From positions 1,216,001 to 1,280,000 of the forward strand of contig CBDIIB010000005.1 in NCBI GenBank assembly GCA_965279525.1: a DNA stretch of 64,000 bases. Reading direction: 5' to 3'. This DNA is from Tagaea sp. Lineage in GTDB: Bacteria > Pseudomonadota > Alphaproteobacteria > CACIAM-22H2. This document shows, piece by piece, positions 21,435 to 31,355 of this stretch; within the stretch, counting starts at the first letter, position 1; each line of letters starts with the position of its first letter. A model generated the notes under the pieces. It saw only the letters and a program-made list of their open reading frames with translations. It searched no databases and had not been told where the DNA came from. Position numbers and translations under genes: made by a program.

Positions 21435-22088
21435 CTACAGGGAAGTCGGGGAGTCGATGCCTGCTGGCCCCGATATTATCCGCGCGACCAGCTGGTTGGC
21501 GGGCCCCTTGCGCTTCGCAAGCTCAGCCTTGACGGCGGCGTCCGAACGTCCGAGCTCGATTAAGGGCGGATAGTACGTGCGGATCAGGATGTCGCCGATA
21601 TAGAGAACTTCACCGGCTGTAACCCGGAAGCGCAGCGGCGTCCGGAGCCGGTTCTTGATGCGGACCGGCTCGTGTTCGTATCTCAGACCTTCGATGGCGT
21701 ATTCACCGGGCAGCATGTGCAGGAAATTGTACTTGATCGGTTCGTCGGGAGTTTTGAGTGCGCAGGTGACCTGATTGGCTGTCGCGCTGAACCCGAGTTC
21801 GAGACCTCCCGAGGCGGACACACGTGTGATTGGAACCGCACGTGTCGCCAATCCGAACGGGTCAGTCGCCGGGCATTCGCGCGCAATCGCGAGTAATGAT
21901 GGCGGTCCTACCGGTCCGAACAGCGGTCCGACATACGAGAATCCCAAGATTACCAGGACTCTCCCGTCACGCGGCGCAACGTCGGCTGATGGGTCGAGCG
22001 GATGGAAGTTGGGCACGCTGGTGCATCCGCCGATCGAACTTACAGCCGCGCTTGCGACAATGGAGGTGAGTAAGGAACGTCTGTTCAT
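21435..22088 (-). CDS. Hypothetical lipoprotein (paralog B)
   Basis: NRRSLL...IGGC lipobox-like; shares motifs with 22172-22831; lower GC. Confidence 0.75.
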   Translation of the reverse strand: MNRRSLLTSIVASAAVSSIGGCTSVPNFHPLDPSADVAPRDGRVLVILGFSYVGPLFGPVGPPSLLAIARECPATDPFGLATRAVPITRVSASGGLELGFSATANQVTCALKTPDEPIKYNFLHMLPGEYAIEGLRYEHEPVRIKNRLRTPLRFRVTAGEVLYIGDILIRTYYPPLIELGRSDAAVKAELAKRKGPANQLVARIISGPAGIDSPTSL

Positions 22089-22171
22089 GGATGCTGCCGG
22101 AGTGGTGAGTTGGTTATCGACATAGCCGCCACGCTTCCGCGTTCGCAGGCGTTGGCCACGAGCGCACCCGA

Positions 22172-22831
22172 CTACTGCGAGGTGAACGGCACGTAGCGGA
22201 ATTTGTCGATCGGTCCATTGCGCCGTGCGAGTTCAGCCTTTGCGGCTTCGTCAGAGCGCCTGATCTCGGTACGATTCGGCAGACCATCTGGAATGGCCGA
22301 AGAACGCTGGGTCGAATCGTAATGGGCGACGACGTCGCCCAGATAGACGACATCGCCGGCGTTGACGCGGAACCGCCGCATGTCGGTAAAGGGGAGCCGG
22401 TACTTGATCTTGTCCTGGACGAAACTGATCCGGCTGAGCGGCACCAGCCCGGTCATCGCATAGAGCCCGGGCGACAGGTGCAGGAAGTTGTAGCCGATGG
22501 GTTCATCGGGCGTCATGGTCGCGCAGCGTCCGTCCGACACGGAAATCGCGTCGGAACCTCCACTTGTCGGGTTGGGTTCCAGTCGAACGATATCGACGAC
22601 GAGACTGTCGGTATATCCGACCGGGCGTCTGTTGACCGGGCAGCGTGCGCTCAAAAGAAAGCCCTTGATGGGCTCGCCGGTGAATCCGTAGCCGACGATC
22701 ACAAGTGCCTTGTCGGGATCGGGCGCGACTTCGCTGCCTTCGCCAAGTGGAATGGTCGTACATCCCGCGAGGAGCAAGATTGCAGCAGTGACACAAAGAA
22801 TCTGGGCGCAGGCCTTCGAGGGCTTCGGCAT
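22172..22831 (-). CDS. Hypothetical lipoprotein (paralog A)
   Basis: LLLAGC lipobox; shares motifs with 21435-22088; lower GC. Confidence 0.78.
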   Translation of the reverse strand: MPKPSKACAQILCVTAAILLLAGCTTIPLGEGSEVAPDPDKALVIVGYGFTGEPIKGFLLSARCPVNRRPVGYTDSLVVDIVRLEPNPTSGGSDAISVSDGRCATMTPDEPIGYNFLHLSPGLYAMTGLVPLSRISFVQDKIKYRLPFTDMRRFRVNAGDVVYLGDVVAHYDSTQRSSAIPDGLPNRTEIRRSDEAAKAELARRNGPIDKFRYVPFTSQ

Positions 22832-22933
22832 ATTATTGTATGCATTCCTGAGTTGTGTTTCTCAGGCGCAATCTATGCCGCAGCGGTCACGTGGTAAAGG
22901 CTGTTCTTTGTCGCTGGGTCGGTGTGCCGCTGC

Positions 22934-23905
22934 CTACGGCACCAAAATCACCGAGCCCGTCGTCTTGCGCCCTTCGAGGTCCTGGTGCGCGCGCACGGCG
23001 TCCTTCAGCGCGTACTCGGCTGTGGTCTCGATCTTGACGATGCCCTTGGAGACGACATCGAACAGGTCGTTGGCGGTGGCGACGAGGTCGGTGCGCTTGG
23101 CGATGTAGGAGTTGAGAGTCGGGCGCGTGACGTAGAGCGAGCCCTTTGCCGACAGGAGGCCGAGATTGAGCGGCTCGGCGGGGCCGGAAGACTGGCCGAA
23201 CGTGACGAGCATGCCCAGCGCCTTCAGGCAGTCGAGCGATTTGAGCAGCGTGTCCTTGCCGACCGAATCGTAGACCACGGGCACGCCCGCGTTGGCCGTG
23301 AGGCCCTTCACCGCGGCGACGAAGTCTGTATCGCGGTAGAGCACCGTGTGGTGGCAGCCATGGGCCTTGGCAAGCTCGGCCTTCTCCTTCGAGCCGACCG
23401 TGCCGATGGTGGTCGCACCCAGGTGCCTGGCCCACTGGCAGGCGATCAGGCCGACGCCGCCGGCGGCCGCGTGGAACAGGATCGTGTCGCCCTTCTGGAC
23501 CTTGTAGGTCCGGCGCAGCAGGTACTGCACGGTCATGCCCTTCAGCATCATCGAGGCGGCCTGTTTCTCGGTGATGCCGTCGGGCAGCTTGACCACGCGG
23601 TCGGCGGGCACCAGGCGCTTCTCGGCATAGGTGCCGGGTCCGGCCACATAGGCGACGCGGTCGCCGGTCTTGAATTCCGTCACGCCGGTGCCGACCGCCT
23701 CGACGATGCCCGCCGCCTCGTTGCCGGGCGAGAACGGGGCCGGCGACGGGTAGAGGCCCGAGCGGAAATAGGTGTCGATGAAATTGACGCCGATGGCGGT
23801 GTGCCGGACCAGCAGCTCGCCCGCACCGGGGGCCGCGATCTCGACGTCTTCCCACACCATCACGTCGGGGCCGCCGGGTTTATGGACGCGGATCGCTTTT
23901 GCCAT
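22934..23905 (-). CDS. qor: NADPH:quinone oxidoreductase (zeta-crystallin/MDR family)
   Basis: GVNFIDTYFRSG, HAAAGGVG, YDSVGKDT, GSLYVTRP, RKTTGS. Confidence 0.92.
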   Translation of the reverse strand: MAKAIRVHKPGGPDVMVWEDVEIAAPGAGELLVRHTAIGVNFIDTYFRSGLYPSPAPFSPGNEAAGIVEAVGTGVTEFKTGDRVAYVAGPGTYAEKRLVPADRVVKLPDGITEKQAASMMLKGMTVQYLLRRTYKVQKGDTILFHAAAGGVGLIACQWARHLGATTIGTVGSKEKAELAKAHGCHHTVLYRDTDFVAAVKGLTANAGVPVVYDSVGKDTLLKSLDCLKALGMLVTFGQSSGPAEPLNLGLLSAKGSLYVTRPTLNSYIAKRTDLVATANDLFDVVSKGIVKIETTAEYALKDAVRAHQDLEGRKTTGSVILVP

Positions 23906-23918
23906 CGTTCGTGCTCCT

Positions 23919-24629
23919 TCAGCCGAGATGCTTCTTGAAAAACTCTGCCGTCCGCCCGTTGGCGAGATCGGCCGAGGCCTTGTCGTAGTGCTTGCCGCCG
24001 ACGCGCGCGAAGGCGTGGTCCTGCCCGGCATAGTCGTGGAGCGTCACGTGCGGATTGCCGGCAAGGCCGGCCTTGATCTTGGCCTGTGCGTCGGGCGGAA
24101 CGAAGCCGTCTTTTTCGGCGACATGCATCAGCAGCGGTTTCGCGATGCCCTTGGCGAGATCGAGAAGGCCGTCGAGACCCACGCCATAGAAGCTGACCGA
24201 CGCGTCGGCGTCCGAGCGGCATGCCATCTGGTAGGCGAGATTGCCGCCAAGGCAGTAGCCGACGGTGCCGGCCTTGCCGGTGCAGGCCGCGTGCGCGCGC
24301 AGCGTGCGCAATGTGGCGACGAGGTCTTCGACGCCGAGTGCAAAATCGAAGCCCTTGAACAGTTCGAACGCGCGCGCCCATTCGGCGTCTGACTTGTCCG
24401 TGATCTGGATGCCCGGCTCCTGGCGCCAGAAGATGTCGGGGCACGCGACGACATAGCCCTGGCGTGCATAGCCGTCGGCAAGGTCGCGCATGACCTGGTT
24501 GACGCCGAAGATCTCCTGGATCAGCACGAGCCCCGGTCCCTTGCCGCCCGGCGGAAGGGCGAGGTAGGCATCGAACCGCGCGCCGAATTTGGGATGCGCT
24601 GTCTTGGCCGGAACGCTGAGTGTCGCCAT
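23919..24629 (-). CDS. Dienelactone hydrolase family protein
   Basis: QEIFGVN, GYCLGG, HAFAR. Confidence 0.92.
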   Translation of the reverse strand: MATLSVPAKTAHPKFGARFDAYLALPPGGKGPGLVLIQEIFGVNQVMRDLADGYARQGYVVACPDIFWRQEPGIQITDKSDAEWARAFELFKGFDFALGVEDLVATLRTLRAHAACTGKAGTVGYCLGGNLAYQMACRSDADASVSFYGVGLDGLLDLAKGIAKPLLMHVAEKDGFVPPDAQAKIKAGLAGNPHVTLHDYAGQDHAFARVGGKHYDKASADLANGRTAEFFKKHLG

Positions 24630-24785
24630 CGCGGGAGGCCTCCTCGGGAAAACGTGAGCCGGTCCGACTTAGGGCGGTGTCCGCCCTTTGGCAAGTTCGT
24701 CGCCCGTCCGACCCGTCGGGCCCGGGTTGCGGGTGCGGGTGCCGGGCGGGTAAGGTCGGGACGAAGACTATATGAGGTCGCGCCG

Positions 24786-25019
24786 ATGAAGATCAAAATC
24801 GATGTCGAGTGCACGCCGGAAGAGGCCCGGGTCTTCATGGGCCTGCCCGACGTCAAACCCATGCAGGAAGCGCTGATGGGCCAGATGACGGGCCGGCTCG
24901 AAACCGCGATGAAGGCGATGGAGCCCGAAGCGGTCCTGCGCCAGTGGTTCACCGGGACGGGCTGGGACCAGATGCAGAAATTCTGGACGCTCGCGGGCGA
25001 CCGCGAAAAGGCGAAGTGA
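24786..25019 (+). CDS. DUF6489-type small protein
   Basis: MKIKIDVECTPEEARVFMGLPDV. Confidence 0.8.
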   Translation: MKIKIDVECTPEEARVFMGLPDVKPMQEALMGQMTGRLETAMKAMEPEAVLRQWFTGTGWDQMQKFWTLAGDREKAK

Positions 25020-25020
25020 C

Positions 25021-25383
25021 GTGGACGGCGATCCCAAACATTTCTACACCGCCCATGTCTTCGTCTGCACGAACGAGCGGCCGGCCGGCCATCCGCGCGG
25101 CTGCTGCAAGGAAAAGGGCTCGGAAAAGCTGCGCGACTACATGAAGGCGCGCGCCAAGGAACTTGGTCTGGGCCTGCCCGAGACGCGGATCAACACGGCC
25201 GGCTGCCTCGAGCGCTGCGAATTCGGCCCCGCCCTCGTGATCTATCCCGAGGGCGTGTGGTATTCGCCCAAGACGCGCGAGGACATCGACGAGATCCTGT
25301 CGGTCCACCTGCAGCAGGGAAAGCGCGTCGAGCGCCTGATGCTGAAATACGAGGACCGCGCCCCGCCCAAGCCCAAGGGCTGA
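25021..25383 (+). CDS. Thioredoxin-like [2Fe-2S] ferredoxin
   Basis: HVFVCTNER...GCC...AGCLERCEFGP...YPEGVWY. Confidence 0.9.
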   Translation: MDGDPKHFYTAHVFVCTNERPAGHPRGCCKEKGSEKLRDYMKARAKELGLGLPETRINTAGCLERCEFGPALVIYPEGVWYSPKTREDIDEILSVHLQQGKRVERLMLKYEDRAPPKPKG

Positions 25384-25394
25384 CCGGCGACACG

Positions 25395-26720
25395 ATGGAC
25401 CGCCCGACGATCTATGCGCCCGCCAGTGCCGCCGGCAAGGCCGGCGTGGCGGTCGTGCGCGTGTCGGGGCCGGCGGCGCGCGCTGCCCTTGCGGCACTTG
25501 CCGGAAACGTCCCCGCACCGCGCATGGCGACAATGGCGAAGCTTACCGATCCGGCCGACGGCGCCGCGATCGACGAAGCGCTCGTGCTGTGGTTCCCGGG
25601 TCCTGCAAGTTTCACCGGCGAGGATGTCGCCGAGTTCCACATCCACGGCAGCCGCGCGACGCTTGGCGCACTGCTCGCAGCACTGGGCCGGCAGCCGGGG
25701 CTGCGGCTGGCGCGGGCGGGGGAGTTCGCGCGCCGCGCCTTCGATGCCGGCAAGCTCGATCTGGCGCAGGTCGAAGCGCTCGCCGACCTGATCGCGGCGG
25801 AAACGAAAAGCCAGGCGCAGCAGGCGTTGCGCCAGCTCGGCGGCGCGTTGGGCACCGCCGTGGAAGGCTTGCGGGACAGGGTTCTGCGGCTGCGCGCACA
25901 GGCCGAGGCCGAGATCGATTTTCCGGACGAAGGCGACGTGCCCGGCGGCCTGATCGCGCGCATGCGCGCACCGCTCGCCGGGCTCGACGGCGATCTGCAA
26001 GCCTTGATTGCAGGGGCGGCGCGCGGCGAACGGCTGCGTGCGGGCTATACGGTGGCGATCCTGGGCGCGCCCAACGCGGGCAAGTCGAGCCTGCTGAACC
26101 GGCTTGCGGGCCGCGAGGCGGCGATCGTTTCCGAGACGGCGGGCACGACGCGCGACGTGATCGAGGTGCATCTGGATCTTGGCGGCTGGCCGGTGACGCT
26201 GTGGGACACAGCGGGCCTGCGCGATGTTTTGCCCGACGGTGCGCACGCGGCGATCGAGCTCGAAGGCATGCGCCGCGCGCGCCGGCGTGCCGAAGAAGCG
26301 GACCTGAAGCTCGTCGTGCTCGACGCGCGCGACCGCGCCCCGGATGCAAGCCTTGCCGACTACGCGCGCGACGGACTCGTCGTGTTCAACAAGGCCGATC
26401 TCGTCGAATCGTGCGCGGGGCTATGCGTATCGGCGTTGACGGGTGCCGGGATCGGCGAACTTGAATCCGTGCTGGCGGCACGCGCCGCGGCAGCACTTTC
26501 CGACGGCGACGGTGCGGCACCGCTCGTCACGCGCGCGCGCCATCGTGAAGCATTGGTCGACGTGCGCGCGGCACTTGCGCGTGCCGGCACGCTAGGCGAA
26601 GCGGAACTTGTCGCGGAGGAATTGCGCATCGCGAGCGAGGCGCTGGGCCGGATCGTCGGCCGGACGGGTGTTGAAGACGTGCTCGACCTGCTCTTCGCCG
26701 AATTCTGTATCGGCAAATAG
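25395..26720 (+). CDS. mnmE: tRNA modification GTPase
   Basis: SFTGED, GAPNAGKSS, GTTRD, DTAG, NKAD, C-terminal FCIGK. Confidence 0.97.
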   Translation: MDRPTIYAPASAAGKAGVAVVRVSGPAARAALAALAGNVPAPRMATMAKLTDPADGAAIDEALVLWFPGPASFTGEDVAEFHIHGSRATLGALLAALGRQPGLRLARAGEFARRAFDAGKLDLAQVEALADLIAAETKSQAQQALRQLGGALGTAVEGLRDRVLRLRAQAEAEIDFPDEGDVPGGLIARMRAPLAGLDGDLQALIAGAARGERLRAGYTVAILGAPNAGKSSLLNRLAGREAAIVSETAGTTRDVIEVHLDLGGWPVTLWDTAGLRDVLPDGAHAAIELEGMRRARRRAEEADLKLVVLDARDRAPDASLADYARDGLVVFNKADLVESCAGLCVSALTGAGIGELESVLAARAAAALSDGDGAAPLVTRARHREALVDVRAALARAGTLGEAELVAEELRIASEALGRIVGRTGVEDVLDLLFAEFCIGK

Positions 26721-26726
26721 AGAGGC

Positions 26727-26942
26727 TTACTTGGCCATCGCGGCGGCGCGCAGGATCTGCTTGCTCTGCAGTTTCATGCGCGTCTTCTGGTTCCACAGGA
26801 TGACCCAGCCGGGACCCATCTCGCGCGAGGCCTTGTCGTAGGCCTGGGCGGCGGTCGAGAAATCGTTCCCGGCAAAGACCGGCGCGCCCGGCGCGTTCTG
26901 CGGCAGGCCGGCTTTGTAGAACTGCACCAGATAGGTTTCCAT
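26727..26942 (-). CDS. Small hypothetical protein (71 aa)
   Basis: METYLVQFYKAGLP...; genome-like codon usage; fills the mnmE-mnmG gap. Confidence 0.6.
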   Translation of the reverse strand: METYLVQFYKAGLPQNAPGAPVFAGNDFSTAAQAYDKASREMGPGWVILWNQKTRMKLQSKQILRAAAMAK

Positions 26943-27102
26943 TGCGGGTGACCCTGTCGGTAAGTCCGATGCCCAAAAGATAATCCAGCGTGTCCTTTCT
27001 GTCTCGGGATAAATAATTGATAACACTCATAATTTTAGATAAATTGCAAAATGCGATCCGCCATGAATATGCAAACATATGATTTGATTAACCAATTTCC
27101 GA

Positions 27103-27118
27103 TGTTTGCCGGGAAACA
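27103..27118. other. parS-like palindrome (variant)
   Basis: TGTTTGCCGGGAAACA within GATGTTT...AAACATC, directly upstream of the mnmG promoter, where alphaproteobacterial parS sites lie. Confidence 0.65.
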
Positions 27119-27141
27119 TCCCGCCCCCTGCCGCGCGCGAA

Positions 27142-27170
27142 TTGACGGACCCCGGCCGACTACCTAGGTT
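27142..27170 (+). promoter_or_regulatory. sigma70-type promoter of mnmG-rsmG-parAB
   Basis: TTGACG-N17-TAGGTT, ending 6 bp before the ATG (near-leaderless). Confidence 0.5.
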
Positions 27171-27176
27171 GCGCCG

Positions 27177-29036
27177 ATGAACCGCGAACGCGACTTCGAT
27201 GTGATCGTGATCGGCGGCGGCCATGCCGGCTGCGAGGCCGCGGCTGCGTCGGCGCGCGCGGGTGCTGCCACGCTGCTGCTGACGCTCGATCCTGCGAAGA
27301 TCGGCGAGATGAGCTGCAATCCGGCCATCGGCGGGCTCGGCAAGGGCCATCTGGTGCGCGAGATCGACGCGCTCGACGGCATCATGGCGCGCGCGATCGA
27401 TCGGGCCGGCATCCAGTTCCGCATGCTCAACCGCTCGAAGGGCCCCGCCGTTCGCGGGCCGCGCGCGCAGGCGGATCGCAAGCTCTATCGCCTGGCGATC
27501 CAGCAATTGCTGGCCGGACAGGCGAATCTGTCGATCCGGCCGGGTGAAGCGGCGGATCTGGAAATCGGCGCCGACGGCCGCGTGGCGGCCGTGCTGACGG
27601 CCGACGGCGTCCGGCTTTCCTGCGGTGCCGTCGTGCTGACGACCGGCACGTTCCTGCGCGGTCTCATCCATATCGGCCTCGAGAAGATCCCGGCCGGACG
27701 GGTCGGCGAAAAGCCGTCGCTCGCCCTGTCCGAAACCCTTTCGCGGCTGGGCTTCCCGCTCGGCCGGCTCAAGACCGGCACGCCGCCGCGCCTCGACGGG
27801 CGCACGATCGGCTGGGCCGGGCTGGAGATGCAGCCGGCCGACGACCCGCCTGAGCCGTTCTCGACGCTGACCGACCGGATCGACGTGCCGCAGATCGCGT
27901 GCGGCATCACCTATACCTCGCCCGCCACGCACGACATCATCCGGGCGAACCTGCATCAGGCGCCGATGTATTCGGGCCAGATCGAGGGCGTGGGGCCGCG
28001 CTATTGCCCGTCGATCGAGGACAAGGTCGTGCGTTTCGCCGGGCGCGAGCGCCACCAGATCTTCCTCGAACCCGAGGGCCTGGACGACGACACGGTCTAC
28101 CCGAACGGCATTTCCACGTCCCTGCCCGCTTCCGTCCAGCTCGAAATCCTCAAGACGATCCAAGGGCTTGAGAACGCCACGATGCTGCGCCCGGGCTACG
28201 CGATCGAGTACGATTTCATCGACCCGCGCGCCCTCAAACCCACGCTGGAAACGATCCGGCAGCCGGGTCTCTATCTCGCCGGCCAGATCAACGGGACCAC
28301 CGGCTACGAGGAAGCGGCCGCCCAAGGGCTGGTTGCCGGGCTCAATGCGGCACTGACGCTTGGCGGCTCGGGTCCGTTCGTGCTGGACCGGGCGGACGCG
28401 TATATCGGCGTGATGATCGACGATCTGGTCACGCTGGGAACGCGCGAGCCCTACCGCATGTTCACGAGCCGCGCGGAATATCGCCTGACCCTGCGCGCCG
28501 ACAATGCCGACCAGCGCCTGACCGAGCGCGGGATCGCGGCCGGTTGCGTTGGCAATGCCCGGCATTCCGCGTGGACCGACAAGAAAGCCCGCCTTGCCGA
28601 GGCTCGCGCCCTGGTCGAGCGGCTGAAGGAATCGCCCCCGAAGCTCGCCAAGCGTGGCTTTGCGGTCAACCAGGACGGGGTCGCGCGTTCGCCGCTCGAC
28701 CTTCTGGCGCTGCCCGGCGTGGATTGGACTTCCCTCGTCGCGGTCTGGCCGGAGCTGGGGGAGCTGCGTCCGGACATCGCCGGCCAGATCGGGATCGACG
28801 CGCTCTATCGCGGCTATCTCGCCCGGCAGGATTCCGACATCCGCGAGTTCCGCCGCGACGAAGGCCTCGAACTGCCGGCCGATCTCGACTATGCGGCGCT
28901 GACGGCCCTGTCGAATGAGATGCGCCAGAAGCTGGCCGCCGTGCGCCCGGCCACGCTGGGGCAGGCAGCCCGTATTTCCGGCGTAACGCCGGCAGCACTG
29001 ACAATCCTGCTGCGCCACGCAAGGCGGGCAGCGTGA
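27177..29036 (+). CDS. mnmG: tRNA uridine-5-carboxymethylaminomethyl modification enzyme GidA
   Basis: [55 protein letters not shown]. Confidence 0.98.
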   Translation: MNRERDFDVIVIGGGHAGCEAAAASARAGAATLLLTLDPAKIGEMSCNPAIGGLGKGHLVREIDALDGIMARAIDRAGIQFRMLNRSKGPAVRGPRAQADRKLYRLAIQQLLAGQANLSIRPGEAADLEIGADGRVAAVLTADGVRLSCGAVVLTTGTFLRGLIHIGLEKIPAGRVGEKPSLALSETLSRLGFPLGRLKTGTPPRLDGRTIGWAGLEMQPADDPPEPFSTLTDRIDVPQIACGITYTSPATHDIIRANLHQAPMYSGQIEGVGPRYCPSIEDKVVRFAGRERHQIFLEPEGLDDDTVYPNGISTSLPASVQLEILKTIQGLENATMLRPGYAIEYDFIDPRALKPTLETIRQPGLYLAGQINGTTGYEEAAAQGLVAGLNAALTLGGSGPFVLDRADAYIGVMIDDLVTLGTREPYRMFTSRAEYRLTLRADNADQRLTERGIAAGCVGNARHSAWTDKKARLAEARALVERLKESPPKLAKRGFAVNQDGVARSPLDLLALPGVDWTSLVAVWPELGELRPDIAGQIGIDALYRGYLARQDSDIREFRRDEGLELPADLDYAALTALSNEMRQKLAAVRPATLGQAARISGVTPAALTILLRHARRAA

Positions 29037-29644
29037 AACCCTCCGATTTCGCCAAGCAGACCGGTGTTTCTCAAGAAACAGTCGAGAAACTGGTCACATA
29101 TCAACGCCTTCTCGAAAAATGGCAGGCCAAGATCAATCTCGTCTCGGTGACCACGCTGCCGGACGTGTGGATCCGCCATTTCTACGATTCCTGGCAGGTG
29201 CTGCCCACGCTGGGCGACGCGCCGACGGTCGCCGATCTGGGGGCCGGGGCCGGATTCCCGGGCCTTGTGCTGGCGATCTGCGCGCCGGAGAAGACCATCC
29301 ACCTGGTCGAATCCGACGCGCGCAAATGCGCGTTCCAGATCGAGGTCGTGCGCGAGGTCGGTGCGAAGAACGTACGGATCCACAACACCCGCGCCGAGCG
29401 GCTGGCGGGCGAACTCAAGGTCGCGGCCGTCACGGCGCGCGCCCTCGCACCGCTGACCGACCTGCTCGAACTCGCCGTGCCGCTGCTCGAGCCGGGCGGG
29501 TTATGCACGTTTCTCAAGGGGGCGACGTACAAAGCCGAATTGACCCAGGCGGAAAGCGCGTGGCATATGCGCGTGGCCGTTGCCGCTTCGCTGACCGAAC
29601 CGGACGCCGCCCTCTTCACGCTTCGGGAAATCGCGCGCAAGTGA
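29033..29644 (+). CDS. rsmG: 16S rRNA m7G527 methyltransferase GidB
   Basis: [28 protein letters not shown]. Confidence 0.95.
   Translation: MKPSDFAKQTGVSQETVEKLVTYQRLLEKWQAKINLVSVTTLPDVWIRHFYDSWQVLPTLGDAPTVADLGAGAGFPGLVLAICAPEKTIHLVESDARKCAFQIEVVREVGAKNVRIHNTRAERLAGELKVAAVTARALAPLTDLLELAVPLLEPGGLCTFLKGATYKAELTQAESAWHMRVAVAASLTEPDAALFTLREIARK
29065..29080. other. parS-like palindrome within the rsmG 5' end (variant)
   Basis: TGTTTCTCAAGAAACA encoding VSQET, at the position where canonical parS encodes VSRET in many alphaproteobacterial RsmG. Confidence 0.6.
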
Positions 29645-30456
29645 CTGACAACAATCACAAAAAGCCGCGCATCTTGGCGATCGCCAACCAGAAGGGCGGG
29701 GTCGGCAAGACGACGACCGCGATCAACCTTGCGACCGCCCTCGCGGCCGTCGGCAAGAAGGTGCTCGTCGTCGATCTCGATCCGCAGGGCAATGCTTCGA
29801 CCGGCTTCGGCATCCCGGCCGACCAGCGCGAGGTCGGTTCCTACGACGTGCTGATCGGCAATGCGACACCGGGCGAGGCGATCCAGCAATCGATGATCCC
29901 GGGCCTGACGGTGATGCCGGCCACGCCCGATCTTGCCGGGGCCGAACTTGAGCTCGTCGATCTCGAGCGGCGCGAATACCGCCTCGCCGACGCGCTGGTC
30001 GAGGCGGTGGCCAACATGAATCTCGACTACGTGATGATCGATGCCCCGCCGTCGCTGGGGCTGCTGACGCTCAACGCGCTGGTTGCTGCCGATGCGTTGC
30101 TGGTGCCGTTGCAGTGCGAGTTCTTCGCGCTCGAAGGGCTTTCCAACCTGATGCGCACGCTCGACCGCGTGCGCGACCGCTTCAACCCCAGGTTGACCCT
30201 GCAGGGCGTGGTGCTGACGATGTTCGACAAGCGCAACAACCTTTCCGAGGCGGTCGCCGCCGACGTGCGCCAGCATTTCGGCGACGTCGTCTACGAGACC
30301 GCGATCCCGCGCAACGTGCGCATCTCCGAAGCGCCGTCGCATGGCAAGCCGGTCCTGCTCTACGACCTGCGCTGCCCGGGCTCGCAGGCCTATGTGATGC
30401 TGGCAAGCGAACTGCTGAAGCGCGAAAGCATGCTCGCGACGGACCGCGCCGCATGA
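29641..30456 (+). CDS. parA: Chromosome partition ATPase
   Basis: NQKGGVGKTT, DLDPQGNAS, DAPPSLG, QCEFFALEG, SEAPSHGKP; GTG start. Confidence 0.97.
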   Translation: MTDNNHKKPRILAIANQKGGVGKTTTAINLATALAAVGKKVLVVDLDPQGNASTGFGIPADQREVGSYDVLIGNATPGEAIQQSMIPGLTVMPATPDLAGAELELVDLERREYRLADALVEAVANMNLDYVMIDAPPSLGLLTLNALVAADALLVPLQCEFFALEGLSNLMRTLDRVRDRFNPRLTLQGVVLTMFDKRNNLSEAVAADVRQHFGDVVYETAIPRNVRISEAPSHGKPVLLYDLRCPGSQAYVMLASELLKRESMLATDRAA

Positions 30457-31352
30457 CGCCGGCCGACGGAAAAAAGGGATTGGGCCGCGGCCTCTCCTCG
30501 CTGCTCGGCACGCCCAACCCCGGCCAGGCCGGCGCAAACGATGCCCAGCGCGGTACGCGCAACCTGCCGGTGGGCAAGATCCATCCCGGCCGCTTCCAGC
30601 CGCGCCGCCATTTCGATGCGGCGGCACTCGCCGAACTCACCGAATCGATCAAGGCGCAAGGCGTGCTCGCCCCCATCCTCGTGCGCCGCGATCCCAAGGA
30701 TCCCACCTCGTACGAGCTGATCGCCGGCGAGCGGCGCTGGCGTGCCGCGCAAGCCGCCCAGCTCCACGAGATCCCGGCGGTCGTGAAGGATCTTTCCGAC
30801 CGCGAAGCGCTGGAAGCCGCCCTCGTCGAGAACCTGCAGCGCCAGGACCTCAACGCCATCGAAGAGGCGCTCGGCTATCGCCGGCTGATGGACGAGATGA
30901 AGTTCACGCAAGAGCGCGTCGCGGAAGCAGTGGGCAAGAGCCGGCCGCATGTCGCCAACACGCTGCGCCTGCTCGACCTGCCGGCATCGGCGCAGAAGCT
31001 GCTGGGCGAAGGCAAACTTACGCCCGCACATGCGCGCCTCGCATTGACCGCGAAGGATCCGGCGGTGTTTGCCGACATCATCGTGCGCGAGGATCTGAGC
31101 GTGCGCGCCGCCCAGGCCCGCCTCAAGGAAGCGGCCGATCCGGCGCAAACGAAGAAGAAGCTGAAAGGTGGCGGCAGTGCCGGTGCGCGCGATGCCGACA
31201 CGCGCGCGATCGAGCGGCGGCTGACCGAATCGCTCGGCCTCAAGGTCGAGCTCAAGCCCCGCAAGGGCGGTGCGGGCGAGCTCGTGCTGCATTACGGGTC
31301 GCTCGACCAGTTCGACGACCTGCTGGCCCGCCTCGAGCGCGAGCCGGACTGA
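30453..31352 (+). CDS. parB: Chromosome partition protein
   Basis: KGLGRGLSSL, FQPR, AGERRWRA, ENLQRQDLN, GKSRPHVANTLRLL. Confidence 0.97.
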   Translation: MTPADGKKGLGRGLSSLLGTPNPGQAGANDAQRGTRNLPVGKIHPGRFQPRRHFDAAALAELTESIKAQGVLAPILVRRDPKDPTSYELIAGERRWRAAQAAQLHEIPAVVKDLSDREALEAALVENLQRQDLNAIEEALGYRRLMDEMKFTQERVAEAVGKSRPHVANTLRLLDLPASAQKLLGEGKLTPAHARLALTAKDPAVFADIIVREDLSVRAAQARLKEAADPAQTKKKLKGGGSAGARDADTRAIERRLTESLGLKVELKPRKGGAGELVLHYGSLDQFDDLLARLEREPD

Positions 31353-31355
31353 CCG

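Noticed and set aside
22856-22871. TGTTTCTCA (also GTTTCTCAAG at 29509 and CGTGAAAC at 29032) as extra parS sites
   Set aside because: Half-sites only, with no palindromic partner arm
26960-26990. Possible sigma54 promoter for the small 26727-26942 gene near the IHF site
   Set aside because: Best matches are GG-N10-AC or GG-N10-GG, lacking the -12 GC; no enhancer palindrome seen
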